The notes under the pieces are model-generated. The model saw nothing but the letters and a program-made list of their open reading frames with translations. It was not told the DNA's origin and did no database searches. Below, piece by piece: positions 1 through 9,269 of a stretch of 64,000 nt of DNA (the first letter of the stretch is position 1; the number at the start of each line of letters is the position of its first letter). The translations under genes and the position numbers were made by a program. The DNA is from Candidatus Falkowbacteria bacterium (lineage in GTDB: Bacteria > Patescibacteriota > Patescibacteriia > CAIXNZ01), in assembly GCA_963774955.1 (NCBI GenBank), contig CAVZGV010000003.1:469695-533694 (forward strand), given 5' to 3'.

Positions 1-1250
1 CCGCTCTTTTGCATACATTAAGCGATCGTATTAGCCGTCATGCGCCGTTAACCGGGGTAGTTCATGAATTTAAATTTACCACGCCCAGCGGCGCCGGTGA
101 GGCAGGGGATTATATCCGCATCAGCTTTGACGGCGGTTTTGATCTTAGCCAGATTGTTTTTTCCGATGTTACTCTGACTCACGGATCGTTTAGCGGCTTA
201 GAAACCAGTGAGACTGTCGCCGCCGTAGCGTCTGCCACCAGCTGGGGCTTGGCAGTTTCAGGTAACCATATTGATCTGGTTCATCCGACTAATGCGGCCA
301 ACGGCGATATTGCGCCTAATGATATTATTCTCATCAATATCGGTGCAGCCAATAAAATAATTAATCCGGCAGTCATCGGCTCAAAAATTATTGCCCTGGC
401 TATTTATGACAGCGCTGATAATTTGATTGACAGCGGCCGGCTGGCCGTGCCGATTGCTGAAGATCAGATAGGAGTTACAGGCGCGCCTGAGGGCAGTCTG
501 CCGACTCCGGTTATTTTAAATTTTCCATATAACGTAACCACAAATTCCCTGGATCTTGATTGGAGCCAAAATTTTGATTTTAATTTCCACCGTTACGTTT
601 TATATATGGGTACTACTCCGGGTGTAACCGAATTAAACGGGACTTTTTTGCCGATTCCCGGCCAGCTGAACCCGAGTGATCCGAGTGACCAGACAGCGAC
701 TATTTTTAATATTGACGGCTTGGCGCCGTTGCGAACTTATTATTTCGTGGTTTATGTTTATAACACGCTGGGTAACGGCGTTATTTCCAATGAAGTTTCA
801 GCCACAACGCAAAGCAGCGGCAATCCCTGGCCGCCACCTCCGGCTCAGCCGACAATCAATGAGCGGGTCTGCCCGATTTTCTTACCCTCGGTTACAATTG
901 ACGGTACCAAACCGGCCGGTACTACTATTTTTATCAATGGTTATTCCGATTATGTTAATTATCCAACTGATTTAACCTGGAATTCTCTGGTCAGCCTGGG
1001 TCTGGGCAGTAATTTATTTTTGATTTTTGCCCGGGATGCTTACGGCCAAAACAGTCCTTTTTTGACGGCGACTGTTAACCGTTGTGAGGTTGGTGATACC
1101 AATTGCAGCGATGTGATTGATGATTTTGATCTGGCTGGCTTGGCCTATCACTGGAATACCAATTGGTGCTACGCGGATTTTAATGAAGATGGCCTAGTGG
1201 ATGATTTTGATTTGTCTGGGTTGGCTGCGCATTGGGACTCGGTTTATTAA
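1..1250 (+). CDS. secreted surface protein, N-terminus cut by window edge; fibronectin type III-like domain plus C-terminal dockerin-like tandem Ca-binding repeats
   Basis: ORF 9..1250 is open to position 1. There is an FnIII-like segment (LDWSQ...YYFVVYVYN). There are two C-terminal repeats of the form D-x-(N/D)-x-DG-x-VDDFDL-x-GLA-x-HW (DFNEDGLVDDFDLSGLAAHW). Confidence 0.5.
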   Translation, partial: ALLHTLSDRISRHAPLTGVVHEFKFTTPSGAGEAGDYIRISFDGGFDLSQIVFSDVTLTHGSFSGLETSETVAAVASATSWGLAVSGNHIDLVHPTNAANGDIAPNDIILINIGAANKIINPAVIGSKIIALAIYDSADNLIDSGRLAVPIAEDQIGVTGAPEGSLPTPVILNFPYNVTTNSLDLDWSQNFDFNFHRYVLYMGTTPGVTELNGTFLPIPGQLNPSDPSDQTATIFNIDGLAPLRTYYFVVYVYNTLGNGVISNEVSATTQSSGNPWPPPPAQPTINERVCPIFLPSVTIDGTKPAGTTIFINGYSDYVNYPTDLTWNSLVSLGLGSNLFLIFARDAYGQNSPFLTATVNRCEVGDTNCSDVIDDFDLAGLAYHWNTNWCYADFNEDGLVDDFDLSGLAAHWDSVY

Positions 1251-1328
1251 ATTTAAAATAAAATATAAAAAAGAAAATATGATTGATGTGAATCAAAATT
1301 TTAATCTAAAATCCATAATCTAACACCC

Positions 1329-3896
1329 ATGAATAAACTTTCGAAATTAATTTTAGCCTTGATATTCTTCAGTCTTTTTGTCCCGATTATTCCGGCTCAA
1401 GCAGCTGGGGCGGCTATTTTCAGGTTGACTTCGGTTAAAACCGATTATTATGTTGGTGATAATATTTATATTGACGTGATGGTTGAACCTAACGGTGAAT
1501 CAATTAATACCGTCCGATTAATTTCTGATTTTACCGGTTCCGGGGTTTTGCAAATCAATGATTTTAATCTCGGTACTGCCTGGCCGTTTCAGAGTCCGGG
1601 AGAAGAATTAAATAATACGACTCAGCATATTAATGTCGGCGGTTTCATCCTGGTCAGCAGTGTCAGTACAAACAGTAAGTTTGGGACTTTGATTTTCAGG
1701 GCCAATGCTGTCGGCACCTCAACCATAAATATTTCCACTGGTTCCCATTTAATTTCCCCGGATCAGATTGAAAGATTAGATCTGGCTGCCAGTCAAAATA
1801 TTACCATCAATGTTTTAGGCGCTTTACCACAGCCGAATCAAGCCCCGGTTTTTGATCCGGTTGGTACAAAAACCATTGATCTGAGCCAAAATGTCAGTTT
1901 CCATGTCCGCGCCAATGATCCGGACGGCGATAATGTGGTTTTAACCGCTGATATTCCGGCTGACGCTGTTTTTAGTAATATTACTTCAGGTCCAGTCGCC
2001 GAAGGTGATTTTATCTGGACGCCCACAGCCAATGGCAGTTATGCTTTGAAATTTTATGCCACTGATGATAACAGCCAGGGTGTCAAAATCGGTAGTCTGA
2101 CAGTGAATGTCAATGTTTCTGTGCCTGTGCCTGTAGCTAATGTCGCTCCGATTTTTCAGCCGGTTGCCAATAGGTCAGTTGAAATAGGACAAACAGTCAG
2201 CTTTCATGTTCAGGCGACTGATCCGGACGGGGATTTGGTAAATTTGACTTGGACAATTCCGACAGGCTCAACTTTCATTAATGTCGTCAATAATGCGACC
2301 ATTGTCAGCGGTGATTTCAGTTGGACTCCGGATAGTCAAGGTGTTTATACTGTGACTTTTTTGGCTGAGGATAATAATCCGACTGAGCCCAAGATCCGAA
2401 CTTTATCCGTCAGTATCGGCGTTTCCGTCCCGCCCAATCATACTCCGGTTTTTGAAGCCATTACTGAAAAAACAGTTAATGCCAATGATACTTTAACTTT
2501 CAATGTTTCAGCCACGGATCCTGACGGTGATCAGGTGATTTTGAGCATGGAAAAATTGGAAAGCGCCACCTTAACTCCAATCAGCAACGGAGTAACTTCA
2601 ACTTCTGCTTTTAGCTGGAAGCCTCAGAATTTTGGTATATACTATGCGGTCTTTAAAGCTCTGGATGATAATCTTAATCCGCTAGAAAGCACCAAAACCG
2701 TGCGGATTACAGTTTTTGGCGGCCAGTGTCCGCCCTGTAGCGGAGGCGGCGGAGGCATTGGTAACGTTTGTCCTATACCACAATGCCAAGAACAGATATT
2801 TGATAAACCGCTGGTAAAGAGTTTACCGATCATAAATTCGGTTACCCATCCCAATCAGGTAAGCTGGTACAGTAATAATATGCCCAAATTTACCTGGGAT
2901 ATTGCTGAACAAAATTTAGGCTATACCTTTAATCTTGACCAAAACCCTTTGTCTGATCCCTCAGTCGGTTATTTCTTTTCCGAGGATAGGGTTTTTTCTT
3001 TCAGCGAACTTCAAGACGGCTTTTGGTATTTTCATTTGAAAGTCAAGTACAGCGATGGTTATGGCCCGACTGCTCATTTTGCAGTTAAGATCGATACCAC
3101 GGCACCGGATCTTTTTCTGCCCAGCATTGAAGGCAATAAAATATATTTTTCCGCTATTGATAAATATTCAGGGCTGGCCTATTTTGAAATAAAGCTGGAT
3201 GACGGCCAGTGGCAAAAAATCCAGAGTCCGTATCAGCTGACAGAAGCAGATAAGCAGGGCCAGATTCTGACTCTGCGAGCGGTGGATAAAGCCGGCAATG
3301 TGATTGAGTCCAGAATTGATTTGCCGAAAATGGAAGTGATCAAAGAAGAACAGAAAAAATATATTATCAATCAGCCGGAATTTGTGGTCGCAGTGCCTGT
3401 TATCACTCAAGTTGAATATCCCATAGTCCGTGGCCAGTCTTTGGCCGGCGCCAAAATTTATCTGTTTATTTCCGCTGAACCGCAAATAATTATTTATACT
3501 TTAGCTGATTATCAGGGTAACTGGCTGGCTTATATTGATCCGGCATTAACCCCGGGCAAATATAGCGTTTATGCTATTGCCAATTATAATAATCTAGATT
3601 CCCAGCCATCGGAAAAAGTTTATTTTACCGCAGCCGAAACTGGAATCGTCCCAGCCGGAAAATTTAAATTTCCCTTTCAATGGCCTTCTATACCTTTGAA
3701 TATGGATACGCTGGCTTTATTGGCAGGAACGGTGGCTGCCGCGTCTTTATTGTTACTTGGGGCAATCAAGGGTATAAAATTTGTTATTAAACAGATTATT
3801 TATAGAATAAAAGACTTGTGGGAAAATTTTAAACTTGAGGGCAGAGTGAGCGAAATACAAAAAAAATTAAAAAATTATGGTCGTAAAAAGAAATAA
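1329..3896 (+). CDS. cell-surface protein with four cadherin-like/putative-Ig (He_PIG-like) repeats, a Cys-rich linker, an Ig-like domain and a C-terminal TM anchor with basic tail
   Basis: Signal peptide MNKLSKLILALIFFSLFVPIIPAQA. Four repeats of the form P(V/I)F.PV......(V/L)SF.V.A.DPDGD. A CPPCSGGGGGIGNVCPIPQCQ linker. IDTTAPD motif. A C-terminal hydrophobic helix LALLAGTVAAASLLLLGAI followed by a K/R-rich tail. Confidence 0.6.
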   Translation: MNKLSKLILALIFFSLFVPIIPAQAAGAAIFRLTSVKTDYYVGDNIYIDVMVEPNGESINTVRLISDFTGSGVLQINDFNLGTAWPFQSPGEELNNTTQHINVGGFILVSSVSTNSKFGTLIFRANAVGTSTINISTGSHLISPDQIERLDLAASQNITINVLGALPQPNQAPVFDPVGTKTIDLSQNVSFHVRANDPDGDNVVLTADIPADAVFSNITSGPVAEGDFIWTPTANGSYALKFYATDDNSQGVKIGSLTVNVNVSVPVPVANVAPIFQPVANRSVEIGQTVSFHVQATDPDGDLVNLTWTIPTGSTFINVVNNATIVSGDFSWTPDSQGVYTVTFLAEDNNPTEPKIRTLSVSIGVSVPPNHTPVFEAITEKTVNANDTLTFNVSATDPDGDQVILSMEKLESATLTPISNGVTSTSAFSWKPQNFGIYYAVFKALDDNLNPLESTKTVRITVFGGQCPPCSGGGGGIGNVCPIPQCQEQIFDKPLVKSLPIINSVTHPNQVSWYSNNMPKFTWDIAEQNLGYTFNLDQNPLSDPSVGYFFSEDRVFSFSELQDGFWYFHLKVKYSDGYGPTAHFAVKIDTTAPDLFLPSIEGNKIYFSAIDKYSGLAYFEIKLDDGQWQKIQSPYQLTEADKQGQILTLRAVDKAGNVIESRIDLPKMEVIKEEQKKYIINQPEFVVAVPVITQVEYPIVRGQSLAGAKIYLFISAEPQIIIYTLADYQGNWLAYIDPALTPGKYSVYAIANYNNLDSQPSEKVYFTAAETGIVPAGKFKFPFQWPSIPLNMDTLALLAGTVAAASLLLLGAIKGIKFVIKQIIYRIKDLWENFKLEGRVSEIQKKLKNYGRKKK

Positions 3897-4623
3897 TAAA
3901 ATTGAGCGGATTAAAAGTCAGGCAAAATTATACGGTAAAATATTTGCTTTGGCTTTGGTTTTGACTCTGGCCCATGAGTCAATCGCCGGCATGTCTAGTG
4001 ATAAATATCAGATTTGGCTGGACACTCTGGATGCTGGCGGGGGCATGACCAATAGTTCAGGCTTTAAAGTTGATTCCAATTTATCAGATTTTGCAGCCAG
4101 TGAGAGTGAGAGTGAGAATTTTACCCAGAAAATTGCTTTTTCCGGGATTGAAGGGGAGCCGACAGTTGGATTTAACGTTGAGACTGTAAGCCTTGATTTT
4201 GGCGAACTTTCGCCAAGAATAACTCGTTATTCCACACATGCTTTTTCTGCTTTTACCAATGCCAAAGAAGGTTATACCATCAAGGTTTATGGTCAGTCTT
4301 TGCATTCAGCCGATTATACTATTGCTGCGATTGGCGCCACAGCTTCAGTCTTGACCATTGGCAACGAGCAATTTGGTCTCAATCTGGTAAGAAATACTTT
4401 GCCGGCTTTAGGCGCTGAGCCCAGCGGTGGCAATGGTCAGGCAGCTGCCAATTATGACCAAGTCAATGAATTTGCATTTAATGATGGTGACACAATTGCT
4501 TATGCCACCAGTTATTCATATCAGACAGACTTTACAGTTACGGCTATAGTCAATATTGCTGATGACACTCCGGCCGGCTCATATGGAACTGTTTTAACTT
4601 ACGAATTCATTCCTGTTTTTTAA
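3877..4623 (+). CDS. small secreted protein carrying a short variant of the locus-specific C-terminal domain (starts TVSLDFGELSP, ends GSYGTVLTYEFIPVF-COOH)
   Basis: N-terminal hydrophobic signal. Its start overlaps the end of the upstream gene. Pattern similarity to the C-terminal domain family of the downstream genes and to WxL-type domains (LSL..DFG ... GxYGTxLTxxL). Confidence 0.45.
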   Translation: MVVKRNNKIERIKSQAKLYGKIFALALVLTLAHESIAGMSSDKYQIWLDTLDAGGGMTNSSGFKVDSNLSDFAASESESENFTQKIAFSGIEGEPTVGFNVETVSLDFGELSPRITRYSTHAFSAFTNAKEGYTIKVYGQSLHSADYTIAAIGATASVLTIGNEQFGLNLVRNTLPALGAEPSGGNGQAAANYDQVNEFAFNDGDTIAYATSYSYQTDFTVTAIVNIADDTPAGSYGTVLTYEFIPVF

Positions 4624-4858
4624 AATTTACTTCCATAGTTTTGAGTTCTAAATTTTTAGTTATTAGTTATCAAAACTCATAGATGAGACTGCTCAATTCG
4701 CTAAAATCTTGGGAGCAAGCGTTCTTACGTTACGAGGCAAGAGGGAATAATGGATTTATAGTTATACCCGAATATTTTCTTTTTTCTATTTAATCTTTGA
4801 TTTGACCGAACTTATCCACAGATTTTCTTTGCTAACCCAAAACAAAACTATTATTTTG

Positions 4859-4867
4859 TGGTATACT
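4859..4867 (+). promoter_or_regulatory. extended -10 element TGgTATACT in the 326-nt leader of the surface-protein operon
   Basis: TG at 4859-4860. TATACT at 4862-4867. No good -35. Confidence 0.3.
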
Positions 4868-4949
4868 ATAAACAGCAGGTAAGTACCTGTGGATTAATTT
4901 TTTTAAAAATAAATATTTAATAAATATAAATTACTTAATTAAATTTTTT

Positions 4950-6098
4950 ATGAAGAAATATTTTCGTTTTCTTTCATTGTTAACCATAATTGCGATTGTG
5001 GCTTCAATGTCATTACTTGCTCCTTTATCCGTAAATGCCGGCAGTTTGACCGAGATTCAGGTTTCATTAAGCAGTTACGATGTCTCTTCGTTAGCTGATC
5101 CTGTAGATGTTAATTTGACTGCCAATGTTACTTTAGCAACGCAGTTAAGCGGAACAGCTGGAGATAAAGTCGTTATTACTTTTAATGAATATGAGGCAGC
5201 AATGGAAAATCAATTTTTAATTGATGAAGCCAGTTTAGTTGCCGGAGATATAACTTTAAGTTGTGATACTGATGATTTAGCTGTTGATAGCATCGTTGCA
5301 GATGACGGCGCTGGTACTGCTTCAGGTATCATTACCATCACAACAGCAGCTGGTAGTACGGTTGATGTATGCGATCCGGCCAGTGTTTTGACAATTGCAA
5401 TTGCCAATGCAAGAATCAGGACTCCGTATACTGCTGATACAACGCCTCCTAGCGGGTACAGAATTAAGTTTGAAACTACAGATACTACCAATGCATTGGA
5501 AGATTCAGGTACAGCGGCAGTTTTTATAAATGATGTGGGAGCTAATCAGGTGCTGATAACTGGTACGGTTGATCCGGTTTTAACTATGAGTCTAAACACT
5601 AATGCTTGTGATCTGGGTGTTTTAACGAAGGATCAGGCTAGAACTTGTTCTTACACAGTAACAGTTGGTACTAACGCTGATTTGGGCTATGGCGCTTATA
5701 TTCAATCAGACGGTGAACTTGATGATAATATTACCTTAGCAAAAATTCAGAGCGAGGCGGATGGAGATGATAATGATCAAATTGATAATGATGCTCTATT
5801 GAGCGCTTCAGAATACGGTATTGGCGTAGAGACAACAGATACAATTGATTTTTATCCTGATTTTACCACCACCGGCTATGGTACTTGCGCTGCAGCAGCT
5901 GATGCTGGTTTAACTTATGATATTCCTGTCGGTTCATTAGACTCCGGCACCGCGAACAGATTTGCTTATTCTACTGATCCGGTTGATGCCACGACCTCAG
6001 GTATAACCACTCTTTGTCATGTGGCCAGAATTTCCGGTGACCAGCCTTCAGGTAATTTCACTCAGACAGTAACCATTACTGTTGTCGGTAATTTCTAA
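4950..6098 (+). CDS. secreted protein, member 1 of the 'GNF-terminated' C-terminal domain family
   Basis: Signal peptide. The last ~170 aa share these motifs with 8168, 9270, 10551 and 13597: VDPVLTMSLNTNACDLGVL, C.Y.V.V.TN, GIGV.TTDT and a terminal PSGNFTQTVTITVVGNF. Confidence 0.55.
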   Translation: MKKYFRFLSLLTIIAIVASMSLLAPLSVNAGSLTEIQVSLSSYDVSSLADPVDVNLTANVTLATQLSGTAGDKVVITFNEYEAAMENQFLIDEASLVAGDITLSCDTDDLAVDSIVADDGAGTASGIITITTAAGSTVDVCDPASVLTIAIANARIRTPYTADTTPPSGYRIKFETTDTTNALEDSGTAAVFINDVGANQVLITGTVDPVLTMSLNTNACDLGVLTKDQARTCSYTVTVGTNADLGYGAYIQSDGELDDNITLAKIQSEADGDDNDQIDNDALLSASEYGIGVETTDTIDFYPDFTTTGYGTCAAAADAGLTYDIPVGSLDSGTANRFAYSTDPVDATTSGITTLCHVARISGDQPSGNFTQTVTITVVGNF

Positions 6099-6149
6099 AA
6101 TAAAAAATTATTAATTAATATATAAAAATAATAATTAAGAAAGGGGTAT

Positions 6150-7151
6150 ATGAAAACAAAAAAAATATTGAGTTTGTTTGTCGCCTTTATCGTCTTGGGA
6201 GCTTTAGTGATGCCATTGGCCAGTAATGCCTTGACAGTTTCGCCTCCGATCATTGAAATTGACGCTAAAAAGGGGGATGTAATTAATCAGGTTTTGAAAG
6301 TCAAGAATGAAGGTGCCGAGAACGCAGTTTACTACCTGAGTTCACAAAAGTTTATTGCTGCAGGTGAAACAGGCGCGCCGCAATTTGTCGAAGGCCAGGC
6401 TGAAGATGTTGATTTGGCATCTTGGATTAAGTTCGGGATTACCAGTATCACTATTCCGGCCGGTCAGACAGTTGAATTACCGTTTACTATCGTGGTACCG
6501 CAATTTGCCGGACCTGGTGGACATTACGCAGCTATCTTTTTAGGCACAGTGCCTCCAAATGCCGCAGGTGATGCTTCACAAGTAGCAGTGGCCAGCAGAG
6601 TTGGCGCCTTAGTCCTGGTAAAAATCGCCGGTGAAATCAAAGAAAGCGCTGAATTGTCAGAATTTGGTACAGTTGCATCATCTTATGCTTCATTACCTGT
6701 AGATTTTAATATCAGAATTAAAAACAGCGGTAATGTTCATTTGAAACCAAGCGGCAGTATTTTGATCAAAAACATGTTTGGATCAGTTGCCGGAAAAGTA
6801 ACTGTTAATGAAACAGGCGGTAATATTTTACCTGATCAGATCCGTAAATTTGACGCTTCCTGGGTCAAAAATGCCAATGCTATGGGAGCGACTACTTTCT
6901 GGGGCAAGTATCGTCAGGAAAAAGAAAATTATGCCTTTGGTAACTATACAGCTGATATTTTGCTGGCTTACGGCACGGCAGGTAGAACCTTAAATGCCAG
7001 TACCAGTTTCTGGGTTATACCCTGGCATGTAATTATCGTTAATTTGATAGTCATTGTCTTAGTGGTTATAATTTTGTACTTCTTAGTCAAGAAATATAAT
7101 GCCTGGTTGATTGCCAAAGCCAGAAAAACCGAGAAAAAATCTAAAAAATAA
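6150..7151 (+). CDS. membrane-anchored surface protein with DUF916/DUF3324 (CscA, WxL-interacting protein)-like architecture; PapD-chaperone-like N-terminus
   Basis: Signal peptide, a ~260-aa beta-rich ectodomain (LTVSPPIIEIDAKKGDVINQVLKVKNEG...), a single C-terminal TM (VIIVNLIVIVLVVIILYFLV) and a KKYNAWLIAKARKTEKKSKK tail. Sits inside a cluster of proteins sharing one C-terminal domain. Confidence 0.45.
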   Translation: MKTKKILSLFVAFIVLGALVMPLASNALTVSPPIIEIDAKKGDVINQVLKVKNEGAENAVYYLSSQKFIAAGETGAPQFVEGQAEDVDLASWIKFGITSITIPAGQTVELPFTIVVPQFAGPGGHYAAIFLGTVPPNAAGDASQVAVASRVGALVLVKIAGEIKESAELSEFGTVASSYASLPVDFNIRIKNSGNVHLKPSGSILIKNMFGSVAGKVTVNETGGNILPDQIRKFDASWVKNANAMGATTFWGKYRQEKENYAFGNYTADILLAYGTAGRTLNASTSFWVIPWHVIIVNLIVIVLVVIILYFLVKKYNAWLIAKARKTEKKSKK

Positions 7152-7192
7152 GTTAGAATTTTGACATCATTGAAATAGAACATTTACAAAGA

Positions 7193-7230
7193 GGGACTGT
7201 GTATATACATTGTCCCTCTTATGGTTTTAT
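7193..7230 (+). terminator. intrinsic terminator after 6150..7151
   Basis: AGAGGGAC-loop-GTCCCTCT followed by a T-rich stretch. Confidence 0.55.
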
Positions 7231-7277
7231 TGGTAGGTTTATTGGCAAAGCCCTGTTTGTTTGGTTGTTCTTGAAAA

Positions 7278-7740
7278 CTAAGAACTAAAAACTTTGATGT
7301 AATAACTTTAAAAAATAGATAATAATTAATAACTAAGATGTAAGAACTATGGAAGCGGAAGCAAATTTAAAATCTGATTTGAGGTATAGAACTTATAATT
7401 TTTCAATTTCAGTCATTAGATTTATAGGGGATTTACCCGAGAAAAAAGTATTTTGGGTTATTTCGGATCAGCTTTTAAGGTCGTCAACTTCTATCGGCGC
7501 TAATATCGTTGAAGCCAAAGCATCCTCATCACGTAAGGAATTTATCAGATATTACCAAATTGCCTTAAAGTCAGCCCACGAAACCAATTACTGGCTAAGC
7601 CTTCTAAACGACGCTACTGATATAAATAAAGATAGAGTATTGGTTTTAATTAAAGAGTTAGATGAAATAATAAAAATGTTGACCGCCAGTATACTAACCC
7701 TAAAGAATAAGCAGTTTTAAGTTTTTAGTTGGGTTCTTAG
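7278..7740. repeat. inverted repeats CTAAGAACTAAAAAC (7278-7292) and GTTTTTAGTTgggTTCTTAG (7721-7740) flanking the four-helix-bundle gene
   Basis: The right arm is the reverse complement of the left apart from a GGG insertion. A further partial copy AGTTCTTAGTT lies at 7752-7762. Confidence 0.55.
7349..7720 (+). CDS. four-helix-bundle protein (TIGR02436 family, formerly the '23S rRNA intervening sequence protein')
   Basis: Length 123 aa. Family motif SIGANIVEAKASSSRKEFIRYYQIALKSAHETNYWL. Flanked by 15-bp inverted repeats. Confidence 0.7.
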   Translation: MEAEANLKSDLRYRTYNFSISVIRFIGDLPEKKVFWVISDQLLRSSTSIGANIVEAKASSSRKEFIRYYQIALKSAHETNYWLSLLNDATDINKDRVLVLIKELDEIIKMLTASILTLKNKQF

Positions 7741-7772
7741 ATATTACATATTAGTTCTTAGTTTAACTAAAA

Positions 7773-8171
7773 ATGCGCAAAATCATTTCATTAATTATCA
7801 TAGCAGTAGTATTAAATCTGACCATTTTATCCATTACCCACGGCCAGTCAAATGTTAGTATTGGGGGCATTGTGCCGGTAACTGATTTAAATAGAAACAG
7901 TCCCAGACAGCAGATTAATGTCAAAAATCAAAATCCTGCTACCGGTGAAAATAAGTATTTATACTTTTTTGAAAAGACTTTGGGCTTGGAAACAGAAGCA
8001 GGGAAAAATCCTGACGCAGCCACAGCTGAGGGTCAGACTGTCCATGATCGGATTTTTAGTTCTTTGCTTTTGTGGCTATTAATGATAATTGTTGCGGTTT
8101 TGGTAATTATAATTTTAAAAATGTTTGATCGTGTATTTTTCAAATTACCTAAAAGCCGAAGGAAATTATGA
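7773..8171 (+). CDS. small surface protein with a signal peptide and a C-terminal TM anchor
   Basis: N-terminal signal MRKIISLIIIAVVLNLTILSITHG. C-terminal helix LLLWLLMIIVAVLVIIIL plus a basic tail. There is a 4-nt ATGA overlap with the downstream gene. Confidence 0.4.
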   Translation: MRKIISLIIIAVVLNLTILSITHGQSNVSIGGIVPVTDLNRNSPRQQINVKNQNPATGENKYLYFFEKTLGLETEAGKNPDAATAEGQTVHDRIFSSLLLWLLMIIVAVLVIIILKMFDRVFFKLPKSRRKL

Positions 8172-9226
8172 AGTTAAATAAAAAAAATAAAATCAAAAAA
8201 TACACCCATCACCCTATAATGTTGTTGTTATTAGTATCGTTATTGTATTTAACTTTACATCAGGCTAAGGCTGGTTTGGTGGCTAGTTTTAGCGATGAAT
8301 TAAGTAGTCAGACTATTAGCACTGCTGCCAACCATACAGTTAATTTTACTAATTCGTCCGTTTTTAGTCCTGATAAAACCTTGGAGTTATATTTTGAAAG
8401 CGGTTTTGATCTTACGCAGATTGATTATACTGATATTGATTTATTGGCTGATGACGTAAATAAAAATTTAGGTTCGGTTCCGGGCACAGGGGTGGGTAGT
8501 AATATCGGAGTTACGATTTCAGGACAGACCATTATTTTTACCCAAAATGATACTGATACGATTGCGGCCGGATCAGTGATTACTATTAAAGTCGGGGCCA
8601 ATGCTTCCCATCAGACTATTGGTGATCAGCAAATATATAATCCTGAAACTGCAGAGGTTTATTATATAAGTTTATCAGGGAGCTTTGGTGATATGGGCAC
8701 AATTTCCGTTCAGATTTTGACTACTGATACTGTGGGCTTTAAAGCCACGATTGAACCAAGTTTGAGTTTTGAATTACGCAATAGCGATGACACCGGTTAT
8801 TTCCAGGGCTGTAATTTCGGGGTCGTTTCACCCAGTATAGTCAGTCAATGTTCGTATCGGCTGGCAGCTGAGACCAATTTGACCTCAGGTTTTCAGATTT
8901 TTATAGATTCAGACGGTAATTTGCGCAATGCCAACAGCTCAATTGCTAATGTTGAGGAGGACCATATAGTCGCAGCCGGAACAGAAGGTTATGGACTGGC
9001 TTTGGTGGCCGCAACCGGTCTGACCGAGGCAGGGGATTTCAATGATGATGACACCCCGATTTCATCCACAGGTACGCTTTTAGTAAGTTCAAATTTAGTG
9101 TATAATTACATACAAGGAGACTTATCCACAAGTAGTCTAATTACCCAAAAATTAGCAGTTTCCCGGATAACACTTCCTGGTTATTATAACCAGAGAATTT
9201 CTTATTCCATTTTGGGAAATTTTTAA
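8168..9226 (+). CDS. secreted protein, member 2 of the 'GNF-terminated' C-terminal domain family (divergent)
   Basis: Signal peptide. The C-terminal module is IEPSLSFELRN...CNFGVV...CSYRL...GYGLALV...ISYSILGNF-COOH. Confidence 0.5.
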   Translation: MKLNKKNKIKKYTHHPIMLLLLVSLLYLTLHQAKAGLVASFSDELSSQTISTAANHTVNFTNSSVFSPDKTLELYFESGFDLTQIDYTDIDLLADDVNKNLGSVPGTGVGSNIGVTISGQTIIFTQNDTDTIAAGSVITIKVGANASHQTIGDQQIYNPETAEVYYISLSGSFGDMGTISVQILTTDTVGFKATIEPSLSFELRNSDDTGYFQGCNFGVVSPSIVSQCSYRLAAETNLTSGFQIFIDSDGNLRNANSSIANVEEDHIVAAGTEGYGLALVAATGLTEAGDFNDDDTPISSTGTLLVSSNLVYNYIQGDLSTSSLITQKLAVSRITLPGYYNQRISYSILGNF

Positions 9227-9269
9227 AAATATTTTATTAATATATAAATTCTAATAATTTTTTAAAATT

